From the NCBI GenBank assembly GCA_023460875.1, contig JAEWOQ010000076.1, forward strand, positions 1 through 55,808: a DNA stretch of 55,808 nt, read 5' to 3'. Shown here piece after piece: positions 37,181-45,514 of this stretch; positions within the stretch are counted from its first letter, which is position 1; every line of letters begins with the position of its first letter. A model generated the notes under the pieces. That model saw nothing but the letters and a program-made list of their open reading frames with translations. It was not told the origin of the DNA and did no database searches. Origin of the DNA: Pseudomonadota bacterium. Its GTDB lineage: Bacteria > Myxococcota_A > Polyangia > Polyangiales > Polyangiaceae. The position numbers were made by a program, and so were the translations under genes.

Positions 37181-38395
37181 GTGCGGTCCCGGGACGAGCG
37201 CGACCTCCGGAGGGCCTCCGTGATCACATGCTCGAAGTGCGGTAAAGAGAACCAAGATCATTACAAGTTCTGCCTCGGTTGCGGTTCGGAGCTCCCCAAG
37301 GGGACGGCTCCGAAGCCCTTCAAGGCAGACACTCCGGCGCAAGGCGTGAGGCAGGCCAGCCAGCCCACGCAAGCCGCGCCGCAGCCAACGATGGCGCCAA
37401 GTCCTCCGGCGATGGCCAGGGCTGCAACCGGAGCTCGGGAGCAGCACTCCGCGCCACCCCGCGTCGCCGAGGCCCCCACGGCCGTCGTCGAGGCGCCCCC
37501 GCCCGTCCAAAATCCGCCGGCGGAGAGCCCGCCAGCACAGCCTCCGGGCGCACAGCCTCCGGGCGCACAGCCCTCGGGAGCACAGGCCTCGGGAGCACAG
37601 AGCCCCTCAGCGCGCCCGAGCGCCGCCGGGCAGGGAGCCTGTCCCCAGTGCGCTCACCCGAACGCGCCGACGAACCGCTTCTGCGCGGCGTGCGGGTACA
37701 AACTCTCGGCGGCGCCCGCGCCGGCGGAGGTCGCGGCCCCTGCCGCGGCACCTGGCGGAGTAGGCAGCGTCGTGCTCACGGCGCTCCGCGCCGCCGGCTC
37801 CGAAGCGGGGAGCTACAAGCTGCCCCAACCATCCGCGACCGTGGGGCGCGACACCGACTCGGTGTTCGCCGGCGACAGCTATCTCTCCCCGAAGCATGCT
37901 GCGTTTCAGATCAGCGGCGGGAAGGTGACCGTCCGAGACACGAGCTCGTTGAACGGCGTCTACGTGAAGCTGGTCCCCAACCAGCCATGGCCCTTGGAGG
38001 CGGGATCCATTTTCCGCATCGGTCAGGAGATCATCCGCTTCGAGAAGCTCGAGCGCCTGCCCGCCAGCGCCGACGGCGTGGAGCGCTTCGGCAGCCCGGC
38101 GAAGGGATTCATCGGTCGCCTGGCGCTAGTCATTGGGCGGGACACCACCGGCAACGCCTTCCCGATCCCCGAGCGGGGGCTACACCTCGGCCGTGAGCGC
38201 GGAGACGTGCTGTTCTCCGAGGACGGCTACGTGTCGGGCCTCCACTGCCGCGTGGCTCCCGGCGCAGACGGTCGCGTGTACCTGACCGATGTGGGGAGCT
38301 CGAACGGCACGTTCGTACGCCTCAGCGGAGAACACCAGCTCGCACCCGGAGACATCCTCCTCATGGGACAGCAGGTGTTCCGCGTCGATTTCTGA
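37181..38395 (+). CDS. Double zinc-ribbon, double FHA domain protein
   Basis: 404 aa with a GTG start at 37181 or 37220. It has two C-x2-C...C-x2-C ribbons (CSKCGKEN...CLGCGSEL; CPQCAHPN...CAACGYKL), a (P/S)GAQ repeat linker, and two FHA domains (GR...SPKH...SLNG; GR...SGLH...SSNGT). Confidence 0.85.
   Translation: MRSRDERDLRRASVITCSKCGKENQDHYKFCLGCGSELPKGTAPKPFKADTPAQGVRQASQPTQAAPQPTMAPSPPAMARAATGAREQHSAPPRVAEAPTAVVEAPPPVQNPPAESPPAQPPGAQPPGAQPSGAQASGAQSPSARPSAAGQGACPQCAHPNAPTNRFCAACGYKLSAAPAPAEVAAPAAAPGGVGSVVLTALRAAGSEAGSYKLPQPSATVGRDTDSVFAGDSYLSPKHAAFQISGGKVTVRDTSSLNGVYVKLVPNQPWPLEAGSIFRIGQEIIRFEKLERLPASADGVERFGSPAKGFIGRLALVIGRDTTGNAFPIPERGLHLGRERGDVLFSEDGYVSGLHCRVAPGADGRVYLTDVGSSNGTFVRLSGEHQLAPGDILLMGQQVFRVDF
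37535..37609. repeat. 15-bp tandem repeat, about 5 copies (GCACAGCCTCCGGGC and variants)
   Basis: Units start at 37535, 37550, 37565, 37580 and 37595. The first two are identical and the later ones diverge. They encode AQPPG/AQPSG/AQASG. Confidence 0.85.
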
Positions 38396-38403
38396 GCGCC
38401 ACC

Positions 38404-38431
38404 GGTCGTCCCGGGGGACCTCGGGACGACC
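38404..38431 (+). terminator. Strong GC hairpin immediately after the FHA gene
   Basis: GGTCGTCCCG (38404-38413), 8-nt loop, CGGGACGACC (38422-38431). This is a perfect 10-bp stem beginning 9 nt after the stop codon. There is no U-tract, which is common in high-GC genomes. Confidence 0.55.
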
Positions 38432-38488
38432 TACAGGCCCGACGACTGTTCGCGGGTCGGGGCGCACGGAGAGGTCCGAAGCCCGCCG

Positions 38489-38890
38489 ATGATTGAGAAA
38501 CACAAGACGATACGAGTGGTGGCTGCGGTCATCGAACGAGAGGGGCGCTACCTCATCACCCAGCGGCGCCCGAGCGCCGTCCTGCCCCTCCTCTGGGAGT
38601 TCCCGGGCGGCCGCGTGGAGCGCGGGGAAGATGACGAGCTGGCCCTCAAGCGCGAGGTGAAGCACCGCCTCGACGTGGACGTGGAGGTGCGGCAGCTCAT
38701 CAGCTTCGTGAGCCACCCCTACGATCACTACATCGTCGACCTCTACCTATACGAGTGTGTGATCGCAGACGGCGAGCCCCGCGAAGCGAACGTGCACGCG
38801 TTCAAGTGGGTGTGGAGCTCGGAGTTCGACCAGTACCCATTCACGCCCGCAGACGAGCTCTCCATGAGCAAGCTGTTGGGCATCGGCTGA
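38489..38890 (+). CDS. NUDIX hydrolase, MutT-like (8-oxo-dGTP/CTP pyrophosphohydrolase type)
   Basis: 133 aa. The NUDIX box is GGRVERGEDDELALKREVKHRLDVDV, preceded by LWEFPGG, as in MutT/NudG-type proteins. Confidence 0.85.
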   Translation: MIEKHKTIRVVAAVIEREGRYLITQRRPSAVLPLLWEFPGGRVERGEDDELALKREVKHRLDVDVEVRQLISFVSHPYDHYIVDLYLYECVIADGEPREANVHAFKWVWSSEFDQYPFTPADELSMSKLLGIG

Positions 38891-38953
38891 AGTCGTCGAC
38901 CGAAGATCCGCCGACCACGCAACGGCGACAGGCGTCGGACCGATGGATCCGTC

Positions 38954-39907
38954 ATGCGATCCCTCTACCTCGCTTGGGCCCGGGGCCATGACGCCTGGGT
39001 CGGGCTCTGCGCTCGCTGCGCAGCGCCTTCCCGCAGCGCCCAGTGTCCGTCTTGTCGCCGCGCACCGGCGTTGGGCTGGGAGCTGGAGGGCGTCCCTGGC
39101 TGGTCCGCCGCGCCTTACGCGGACCGCATCAGCGACTTGATTCAGCAGCTGAAGTACCGGGACGAGACGCGCTGGGCCTCGACCCTCGGGGGGGTCCTCC
39201 ACGATCACCTCGCCCCCTTCATCGCCCCACATGGGATCCTCGTGCCCGTGCCGTTGCATCCTCGACGGCTCGCGGAGCGCGGCTACAACCAAGCCGCGCT
39301 CATCGCCCGCGCGCTGGGTCATCGTTCGAGCACGCCGATCCGCACCGACGTCCTCCGGCGCGTGCGCGACACGGCGGCGCAAGCTCGTCTCGGCGGCGGG
39401 GCGCGGCGCGACAACGTTCGTGAGGCGTTCGTGGCGGTGAACCTCCCTGCGGCCCCCGTGGTGTTGGTGGACGATGTGACCACCACGGGCGCGACCGTGC
39501 GAGAGTGCGTTCTTTGCCTACGACGCGCGGGCGCTATAGTGCATGGCGTGATGACCGTTGCCCTTGCGGGGCAAGACGGACCCACAGCACACCGCTCCCC
39601 TCAAGCCTCCGGTTTCCGTGACCGACCCGAACCAACCGCGCGCCCCGGGCTCATCGCCCCTGCCGGAGCAGGGCACTCGAGAGGGGCGATCCGATCCGAG
39701 CCGGGAGCAGCCCCGGACCCCCGGCGCTCACGCGCCTGCCCCCCGCCTGCGCCCTCCGCTGCCCACCTTGGTGGAGCTCGGGCAGGTCTCCGCGACCGAG
39801 ACCCTCCGGCCACCGGGAGCGGTGCCGCCCCCGCCCCGAGGCGTCCCGGGGCAGCGCCCCATCACGCGCCCACCGGTCCCGCCCGAGCCGCCGGCGCCGA
39901 CCCATGA
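38954..39907 (+). CDS. comF: ComF family phosphoribosyltransferase-like protein with an anomalous ~115-codon 3' tail
   Basis: It has an N-terminal Cys4 finger (CARCAAPSRSAQCPSCRR), then LKYRDE, RGYNQAALIARAL and PRTase loop VVLVDDVTTTGATV. The domain ends near 39560, but the frame has no stop until 39907. Confidence 0.8.
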   Translation: MRSLYLAWARGHDAWVGLCARCAAPSRSAQCPSCRRAPALGWELEGVPGWSAAPYADRISDLIQQLKYRDETRWASTLGGVLHDHLAPFIAPHGILVPVPLHPRRLAERGYNQAALIARALGHRSSTPIRTDVLRRVRDTAAQARLGGGARRDNVREAFVAVNLPAAPVVLVDDVTTTGATVRECVLCLRRAGAIVHGVMTVALAGQDGPTAHRSPQASGFRDRPEPTARPGLIAPAGAGHSRGAIRSEPGAAPDPRRSRACPPPAPSAAHLGGARAGLRDRDPPATGSGAAPAPRRPGAAPHHAPTGPARAAGADP

Positions 39908-41255
39908 CTCGGTGCCCGCCACGTCTCCGACCCTCCACCTCACCCCCGACCGAGACGACATCCCTCGCACCAGGCGCAGGTCGTCGGAGCCCGGTCCGAG
40001 ACCCGCGCTGACGGCTCCCTTCGACATGTCCCCGGCCCCCTCGAGGAGCTACGCCCCTTCGAGGAGCCGCGCGCCGCTCGAGGCAGCGCCCGCCAGCGCG
40101 GCCCCATCGGTCCCGCCGTGGCTCCTCGGCGACCGCGCGAAGAGAATCGTCCTCGCCGCGAGTGCTGCCGCGGTGGTGTCGTTCGCGTGGTGGGCGCTGC
40201 GCTCCGGCGCGGACGCCGAGGAGAATGCAGCCCCGGCGAGCTCTCCCGCGAAGGAGTCGCGCCCAGTGCGTCCGTGCACCCTCTCCGGCGAGGCACGTAA
40301 GCTGGCGGACGCCGTGCACCTCGGCGTCCCCCTGGCGCTCCAGCAGGTTGGGAGCGGGCGCGTCGCCTTGGGATACGCGGCGAGCACGACGGAGGCGGTC
40401 GGGCTCACCTTGGATCCGATGACCCTCGACGCCGCGCGGGCGTTCTCCGAAGGGGGCTCCGAGAAGGTCCTCGGGGTGTTGCCCTTGAGCCGAGAGGATG
40501 GTCGGGGCGGCTTCGCGACCAGCCGGGCCCGGAAGAAGAGCGACAACGGCGGTCTGGTCGCTTTGAGCGCAGGGCTCGCTCACCTGAGCGCCGGAGAGCG
40601 CGGGCTCGAGGTACGCCTCGACGGGAGCACCGAGCTCCTGTGGCCCGGCGCCGCTGCGCCGCAGAACACCTCACCGCGGGCCGAGCCTCTCGGCAGCTCG
40701 GGGGCGCTGTTGACCTGGCGACGCGGCGGTCTCGACGGAGACATCGTAGTCGGTCTCCTGGATCCGCGAGGGCTCGCGCGCGGCTCCGCGGCGAAGATCG
40801 CCAGCGAGGCCAAGGAGTTCGGAACTCCCAGCCCGAGCGTCGGCGAAGAGGAGGTCTTGGTCACCTTCGCGAGCCGTTCGGCGTCAGACCGTCCCTGGCG
40901 CATCGAGCTGTCCCGCGCACCCCTCGGTCAGCTGCCCGCGACCTCGAGGATCTTCGTCCCCGAAGGTCTGAGCGAGTCCGCCTCCACCCTCTCTCCGGCC
41001 GCTACTGCGCTCCCCGGCGGTGGCTGGCTCCTGCAGTGGACGCAGGGGGAGAACGGCAAACACCGGGTCTGGCTGCAGACCCTCGATCACGAGCTCGCCC
41101 CCGTCGGCCCCCCGCTCGCCGCCGCACCCGCGGATGCGGAGTCGGGTCAGGGGATCCCCTGGGCGGGGGCGGACCGCCGGGCAGCGGCCTTCTACATCGT
41201 TCGCGCCGGGCAGCAGTGGGAGCTGTGGGGCACGGCTCTGGAGTGTCCTCGATGA
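39558..41255 (+). CDS. Pro-rich, single-pass membrane protein of unknown function
   Basis: 565-aa ORF. GC3 in this frame is clearly higher than in the comF frame across 39600-39900. It has a TM helix (IVLAASAAAVVSFAWWAL) and a ~330-aa extracytoplasmic domain. The start is uncertain: TTG 39558/39564, GTG 39618 or ATG 40026. Confidence 0.6.
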   Translation: MPLRGKTDPQHTAPLKPPVSVTDPNQPRAPGSSPLPEQGTREGRSDPSREQPRTPGAHAPAPRLRPPLPTLVELGQVSATETLRPPGAVPPPPRGVPGQRPITRPPVPPEPPAPTHDSVPATSPTLHLTPDRDDIPRTRRRSSEPGPRPALTAPFDMSPAPSRSYAPSRSRAPLEAAPASAAPSVPPWLLGDRAKRIVLAASAAAVVSFAWWALRSGADAEENAAPASSPAKESRPVRPCTLSGEARKLADAVHLGVPLALQQVGSGRVALGYAASTTEAVGLTLDPMTLDAARAFSEGGSEKVLGVLPLSREDGRGGFATSRARKKSDNGGLVALSAGLAHLSAGERGLEVRLDGSTELLWPGAAAPQNTSPRAEPLGSSGALLTWRRGGLDGDIVVGLLDPRGLARGSAAKIASEAKEFGTPSPSVGEEEVLVTFASRSASDRPWRIELSRAPLGQLPATSRIFVPEGLSESASTLSPAATALPGGGWLLQWTQGENGKHRVWLQTLDHELAPVGPPLAAAPADAESGQGIPWAGADRRAAAFYIVRAGQQWELWGTALECPR

Positions 41256-42226
41256 ACGCTCATATGACGCACGGGGCCCCGAGGGGCAGATGGTCGGTCG
41301 GAGGACGGCTCGGGTCGGTGCTCCTCTTCGCCCTCGCGGTCGGGGGGGCGAACGTGAGCTGCGCGGTGTTCGTCGGCAGCGGGCCGACGCCGGTTGCACA
41401 GGGCAAGTACTACGCGTCCGGGAACCCCGAGTACGACCAGTTCTTCTTGGAGCTGTACGAGACGCAGGTGGCGATGGCGACCACGCCAGAGCGGCTGACC
41501 TCCGCGCGATATGGCCTCGCTGACGGGCTCGGGGTCGGCCGAGATCTCCCCGACGAAGTCCTCGTCGCTCACGTGCGCGCGCGGGTCCGCGACCTGGCCG
41601 ACGAAGGGCGCATCATGAAGCTGGAGGTGAACGCAGAGGTCGACGACGAGCCCTCCGCCGCGGTGCTCCGAACGCGCCCAGAGACGCGGGATGGGGCGAC
41701 GCGCGAGCTCGCCGAGCCGGTCGAGAAGGTGAGCAACGAGCTCCTGTCCCTGCGCGCGCTCCTGGACACGAACACCGCTCGCTTCGATCGCCTCGAGCGA
41801 CGGCTCGACGGTCTGCGAGACCGGGCGGACGAGGCCTTCGTGCGTGACATCACCAAGTTTCATGAAGTGAAGCGCAACCTCGAAGACGCCACACGGGTGC
41901 TCGCCTACATGCGCGAGCAAGCCGAGGACCAGCTGCTCGCGACCACCGGCTTGCTCGATGGCTTGGTGCAGGCGACCGACAGCTCCGCAGGAGCGTTCGA
42001 CAAGCCCGCTCCCGCCGCGGCCCCCCCTCCGGAGGAGGTCGCCGCGCCCAGCGCGAAGCCCGCTCCCCCGAAGCCCAAGCACCCTTCGGCCGCGCGCAAG
42101 CCCGCTCCGCCGAAGGCGCCCGCCTCATCCCCGGCGCAGGCGACGCGGCCCTCCCCAGCCCCCAAGCCGGCGCCGCCTCCCCCGGCCACTCCGCAGCCCA
42201 GCGAGCCCGCTGGCTTCGAACCCTGA
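41252..42226 (+). CDS. Secreted or lipoprotein-like coiled-coil protein with a Pro/Lys-rich tail
   Basis: The ATG at 41252 overlaps the upstream stop (ATGA). It has a signal peptide (SVLLFALAVGGANVSC), helical heptad-like regions, and the tail KPAPPKPKHPSAARKPAPPKAPA.... The track's 528-aa version overlaps the upstream gene and was rejected. Confidence 0.65.
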   Translation: MNAHMTHGAPRGRWSVGGRLGSVLLFALAVGGANVSCAVFVGSGPTPVAQGKYYASGNPEYDQFFLELYETQVAMATTPERLTSARYGLADGLGVGRDLPDEVLVAHVRARVRDLADEGRIMKLEVNAEVDDEPSAAVLRTRPETRDGATRELAEPVEKVSNELLSLRALLDTNTARFDRLERRLDGLRDRADEAFVRDITKFHEVKRNLEDATRVLAYMREQAEDQLLATTGLLDGLVQATDSSAGAFDKPAPAAAPPPEEVAAPSAKPAPPKPKHPSAARKPAPPKAPASSPAQATRPSPAPKPAPPPPATPQPSEPAGFEP

Positions 42227-42253
42227 TCGTCCCTGCGAGCGTCGCGCCCGACG

Positions 42254-44704
42254 TCAGCTGAGCCAGAAGACGGTGAACGCGTCTCCGCCTTCGTCGCGCT
42301 CGGCGGGTCGAGCGAGGCGGATGATGCCTAGCTCCCGCAGGTGGCTGCGCACGGCGTTCTTCATGGCACCGGAGCCGTGGCCGTGGAGGACGTAGCCGAC
42401 GTTCTCACCGCGCCGCAGCAAGGTGTCGATGAACTCGTCCAGCAGGCTCAGCCCAGCCTCGACCCGCTCACCACGCAGATCGAGGGTCACGTCCTCCGTG
42501 CGCGGTGGCGTCGCGAGCTCCTGCACGTCCGTCGCGAAGCGGCTCGCGCGCGCGCGCTCCGCTCGCCCGGGGCGTTGACTGGAGCTCGCCTCGACCAGCT
42601 CCACCTGGTCGACGCTGACCGTCAGCTTCATCACCCCAGCCAGGACCCGCACCTGACCTCGATCGGGCGCCTCGATCACCTCTGCGATCGTGTTCATCCC
42701 ATGAACGCGCACCCGGTGCCCCACCGCCAGCTCGACGGACGACGGCAGCGTCACGCGCTCTGTTCGGGTGCGGCGATCGAGCTCGCCACCGAGGGCCACC
42801 AGGCGCGCGGCTTCGTCGATGGTGCGCTCGGCTTGCTTCAGCTCCTGTCGATCCCGCACCTGCTTGCTCAGCCCCTTGAGCACCCGCTGCACCTCGGCGC
42901 GGGCTTCTCGCACGGTGCGCGACAGCTCCTCGCCAGCGCGGGACAGCTCGCGCCGCTCACGCTCCTCGCGCCGCTGCCGCTCGAGCTCGAGGCTGCGCGC
43001 CAGCTCGGCCTGGCGCTCCTTCTCCGCCTCCACCTGCGCCCGCAGGGCCTCGAGCTCCACCTGCTTGTTCTCGAGCTCCCGCAGGAGCTTCTCTCGACGC
43101 TGACTCACCTCTGGCAGGAGCGTCGCGGCGCGGCCCAGGATCGACGTGGGCAGGCCGTGTCGCTGCGCGACGGCGAGCGCGCTCGAAGCGCCGGGGCGAC
43201 CGAGCTCGAGGCGAAAAGTCGGCTCCAACTTGTCGAAGTCGAAGCCGACGGCCGCGTTGTCGATCGACTCAGACTCCGCGCCGAGCTCCTTCAGACGCTC
43301 GTAGTGGGTGGTGACGGCGACGGCGGCGCGCCGCGTCACCAGGTCCTCGAGCAGGGCCACGGCCAGCGCCGCGCCCTCCTCCGGATCCGTGCCCCCCGCG
43401 AGCTCGTCGAAGAGGACGAGCGCGCCAGGCCCCGCTCGCTCGACGATGTCGCGCACGGTCTCGATGTGACCGCTGAACGTCGACAAGGATCGCGCGAGCG
43501 ACTGGTCATCACCGATGTCACTGAACACGGCCTCGAAGAACCCGCAGGACGAGTCCTCCCCCGCGGGAAACGGGAGCCCGCTCGCTTGTGCCAGAGCGGC
43601 TAGCCCCAAACACTTGAGGGCCACCGTCTTGCCCCCCGCGTTCGGCCCCGACAGGACGAGCCCCCGCCCTCCCAGGAGGGAGAGATCGTTGGGCACGACG
43701 GAGATCCCCTGGAGCGCGAGGAGAGGATGCCGCGCGCTCTCCAAGACCACACACCCCGCTGCGCCCCAGCGCAGCATGCGCGCGCCCACGGCGCGGGCGT
43801 AGAGTTCCATGGCTCGGAGCGCGTCCGCCTTGGCGCAGGCGTCGAGCGCGTCGAGCAGCGCGGGGGCGCTCGGCGCGATGGCCTCGCTGAGCTGCGCGAG
43901 CACTCGTGCCTCTTCGACCTCCGCCTCCGCCTCTGCAACCTTCAAGCGGTTGCCGAGCTCGGCGATCTCCTGAGGCTCCACGTAGAGCGTCGCCCCCGAT
44001 CCGCTGGAGCCGAGCACGATGCCGTGGACGCGGAACGGCGCATCCGCTCGCACCGGGAGGACGTAGCGACCGTCGCGCTCCGCGATGAACGTGTCCTGGA
44101 GCGCCTCACGGTATCGTCCGATGAGCTCACCGAGCCGCGCCTTGATGCGCTGCCGCAGCACGCCGACCTGCTGTCGGGCCCGCGCGAGCTCCGCGGACGC
44201 TCTGTCGAGCACTGCTCCTCCGTCCTCGATGCACCGCTCGAGCTCCTCTCGCAGTGATCGCAGGCTCGGCTCCGTCGCGAGGTGCTCGGCCAGAGCGGGC
44301 GCCCTCGCCCCGTGCTGAGTCACGAAGCGGCCCAGCTCGGCCACGGCTTGCAGTCCTTGTCGGATCTGGTGCAGCTCGAGCCCGGACCCGACCCCCCCGC
44401 GCGCGATGCGCTGGATCGCCGCGGTCACCTCGGGGAGGTTCAGCGGCGGCAGCTGTGTCCCGAGACGTGACAGCTCGAGCACGTCCGAGCTCACGGCCCA
44501 CTGACGACGAGCGGCCGCTTCGCCGTGGAGCGGACGCAGATCACGCACCGCGGCGGCTCCGGCGCTCGTCGTGCACCGCCCAGCGATGCCCTCCAGGAGC
44601 TCGCCCCACTCGAGATCCCGCAGCGTCCGCTCCAGGAGCTGGCGGTCGCGCGGGCTCTCCGTTCCGTCTGCAGGGAACCTCACCATGTCCGAACGGGCCG
44701 CCAC
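42254..44704 (-). CDS. mutS2: Endonuclease MutS2 (MutS domain plus C-terminal Smr)
   Basis: 816 aa. It has Walker A LSGPNAGGKTV, a long coiled-coil spacer, and an Smr domain (LDLRGERVEAGLSLLDEFID...VLHGHGSGAMKNAVRSHL). The start is GTG 44704 or ATG 44686. Confidence 0.92.
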   Translation of the reverse strand: MAARSDMVRFPADGTESPRDRQLLERTLRDLEWGELLEGIAGRCTTSAGAAAVRDLRPLHGEAAARRQWAVSSDVLELSRLGTQLPPLNLPEVTAAIQRIARGGVGSGLELHQIRQGLQAVAELGRFVTQHGARAPALAEHLATEPSLRSLREELERCIEDGGAVLDRASAELARARQQVGVLRQRIKARLGELIGRYREALQDTFIAERDGRYVLPVRADAPFRVHGIVLGSSGSGATLYVEPQEIAELGNRLKVAEAEAEVEEARVLAQLSEAIAPSAPALLDALDACAKADALRAMELYARAVGARMLRWGAAGCVVLESARHPLLALQGISVVPNDLSLLGGRGLVLSGPNAGGKTVALKCLGLAALAQASGLPFPAGEDSSCGFFEAVFSDIGDDQSLARSLSTFSGHIETVRDIVERAGPGALVLFDELAGGTDPEEGAALAVALLEDLVTRRAAVAVTTHYERLKELGAESESIDNAAVGFDFDKLEPTFRLELGRPGASSALAVAQRHGLPTSILGRAATLLPEVSQRREKLLRELENKQVELEALRAQVEAEKERQAELARSLELERQRREERERRELSRAGEELSRTVREARAEVQRVLKGLSKQVRDRQELKQAERTIDEAARLVALGGELDRRTRTERVTLPSSVELAVGHRVRVHGMNTIAEVIEAPDRGQVRVLAGVMKLTVSVDQVELVEASSSQRPGRAERARASRFATDVQELATPPRTEDVTLDLRGERVEAGLSLLDEFIDTLLRRGENVGYVLHGHGSGAMKNAVRSHLRELGIIRLARPAERDEGGDAFTVFWLS

Positions 44705-44747
44705 GGGGCGGGATCTATGGCATGGATGATGTGGGATGTCCTGCGCG

Positions 44748-45299
44748 TCAGCCGGCCCGAGACACGACCGCGTCGGCCCCGGGCGGCGCCGCGATCGTGC
44801 TCACCTCGTCGCCGATGCGCACACACAGGCTCACGTTCGCGCCGCGCACGGAGGACGCCAGCGCCTCGGCCAAGGCGGTGAGGTTGTGCGCGGCCCGACG
44901 CCCCGCCCGCTCGTCCACGGTGAGCATGAGCGTGCCCTGCCCGCGAGCTCTCAGGCGCGCTGCGAGGCCCCGCGCCAGGACGGCCCGCGAGGCCACCGAA
45001 TCGGGGTCGGTGTGCCCGTTCGACACCAGCACCGTCGCGTCGAGACGCCACCCGACGGCTTCGAGGCGGAGGGTGCGACTGGCGACCTGGGTGACCAGCG
45101 AGCTCGGGTGCCCTTCGTAGTGCTGCGCCACGACGGCCATGTCTCCGCCGCGCGTCGGTTTGAGCCAGCGCGGCCACGAGGCGGAGAACTCGATCACGAC
45201 CAGTGTCGCCGCCCGCGACGCCGCAGTGCGGGGCGCGGGCGAGCCGTTCCCGGCGGCAGCAGAGGGGGAGCGGAGCGCGCGAAGTCCGGTTGGGTGCAT
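44748..45299 (-). CDS. Hypothetical protein
   Basis: GC3 in this frame is close to 100% over the 3' end. The ATG at 45299 (MHPTGLRAL...) is preferred over the track start at 45473. I recognise no motif. Confidence 0.5.
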   Translation of the reverse strand: MHPTGLRALRSPSAAAGNGSPAPRTAASRAATLVVIEFSASWPRWLKPTRGGDMAVVAQHYEGHPSSLVTQVASRTLRLEAVGWRLDATVLVSNGHTDPDSVASRAVLARGLAARLRARGQGTLMLTVDERAGRRAAHNLTALAEALASSVRGANVSLCVRIGDEVSTIAAPPGADAVVSRAG

Positions 45300-45477
45300 G
45301 GATACCTCCGAGGGCAACCGTGGTGTCAGCCTGCGGCGAACCTCTCGGATACACAGCGGCCAGGAGCCGGGCCAACTTTGCGCCCCATGACGGCCCGAGC
45401 CGGGCCCCGAGGTGGGCGAAGGTGCTCCGTCGGCGCCCCCCGATCGAACCACGGGCCCAGAGCTCCTGGGCAACCTC

Positions 45478-45495
45478 TCTCGCTGCGCAGCGAGA
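45478..45495. promoter_or_regulatory. Perfect 18-bp palindrome (TCTCGCTGC|GCAGCGAGA); candidate operator or 5' hairpin
   Basis: It is exactly self-complementary and sits 20 bp upstream of the proposed GTG start at 45515, within a 215-bp divergent intergenic region. Confidence 0.4.
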
Positions 45496-45514
45496 AGTGT
45501 TAGCGTTTCACCCT

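Noticed and set aside
40640-41251. 5' extension of the 528-aa ORF
   Set aside because: It overlaps the 565-aa ORF out of frame. The ATG at 41252 gives an ATGA junction and a signal peptide.
45203-45514. 5' extension of the kinase-like ORF (the 722-aa version)
   Set aside because: It would overlap the divergent 183-aa gene and the intergenic palindrome. The translated extension is low-complexity, and kinase similarity begins after GTG 45515.
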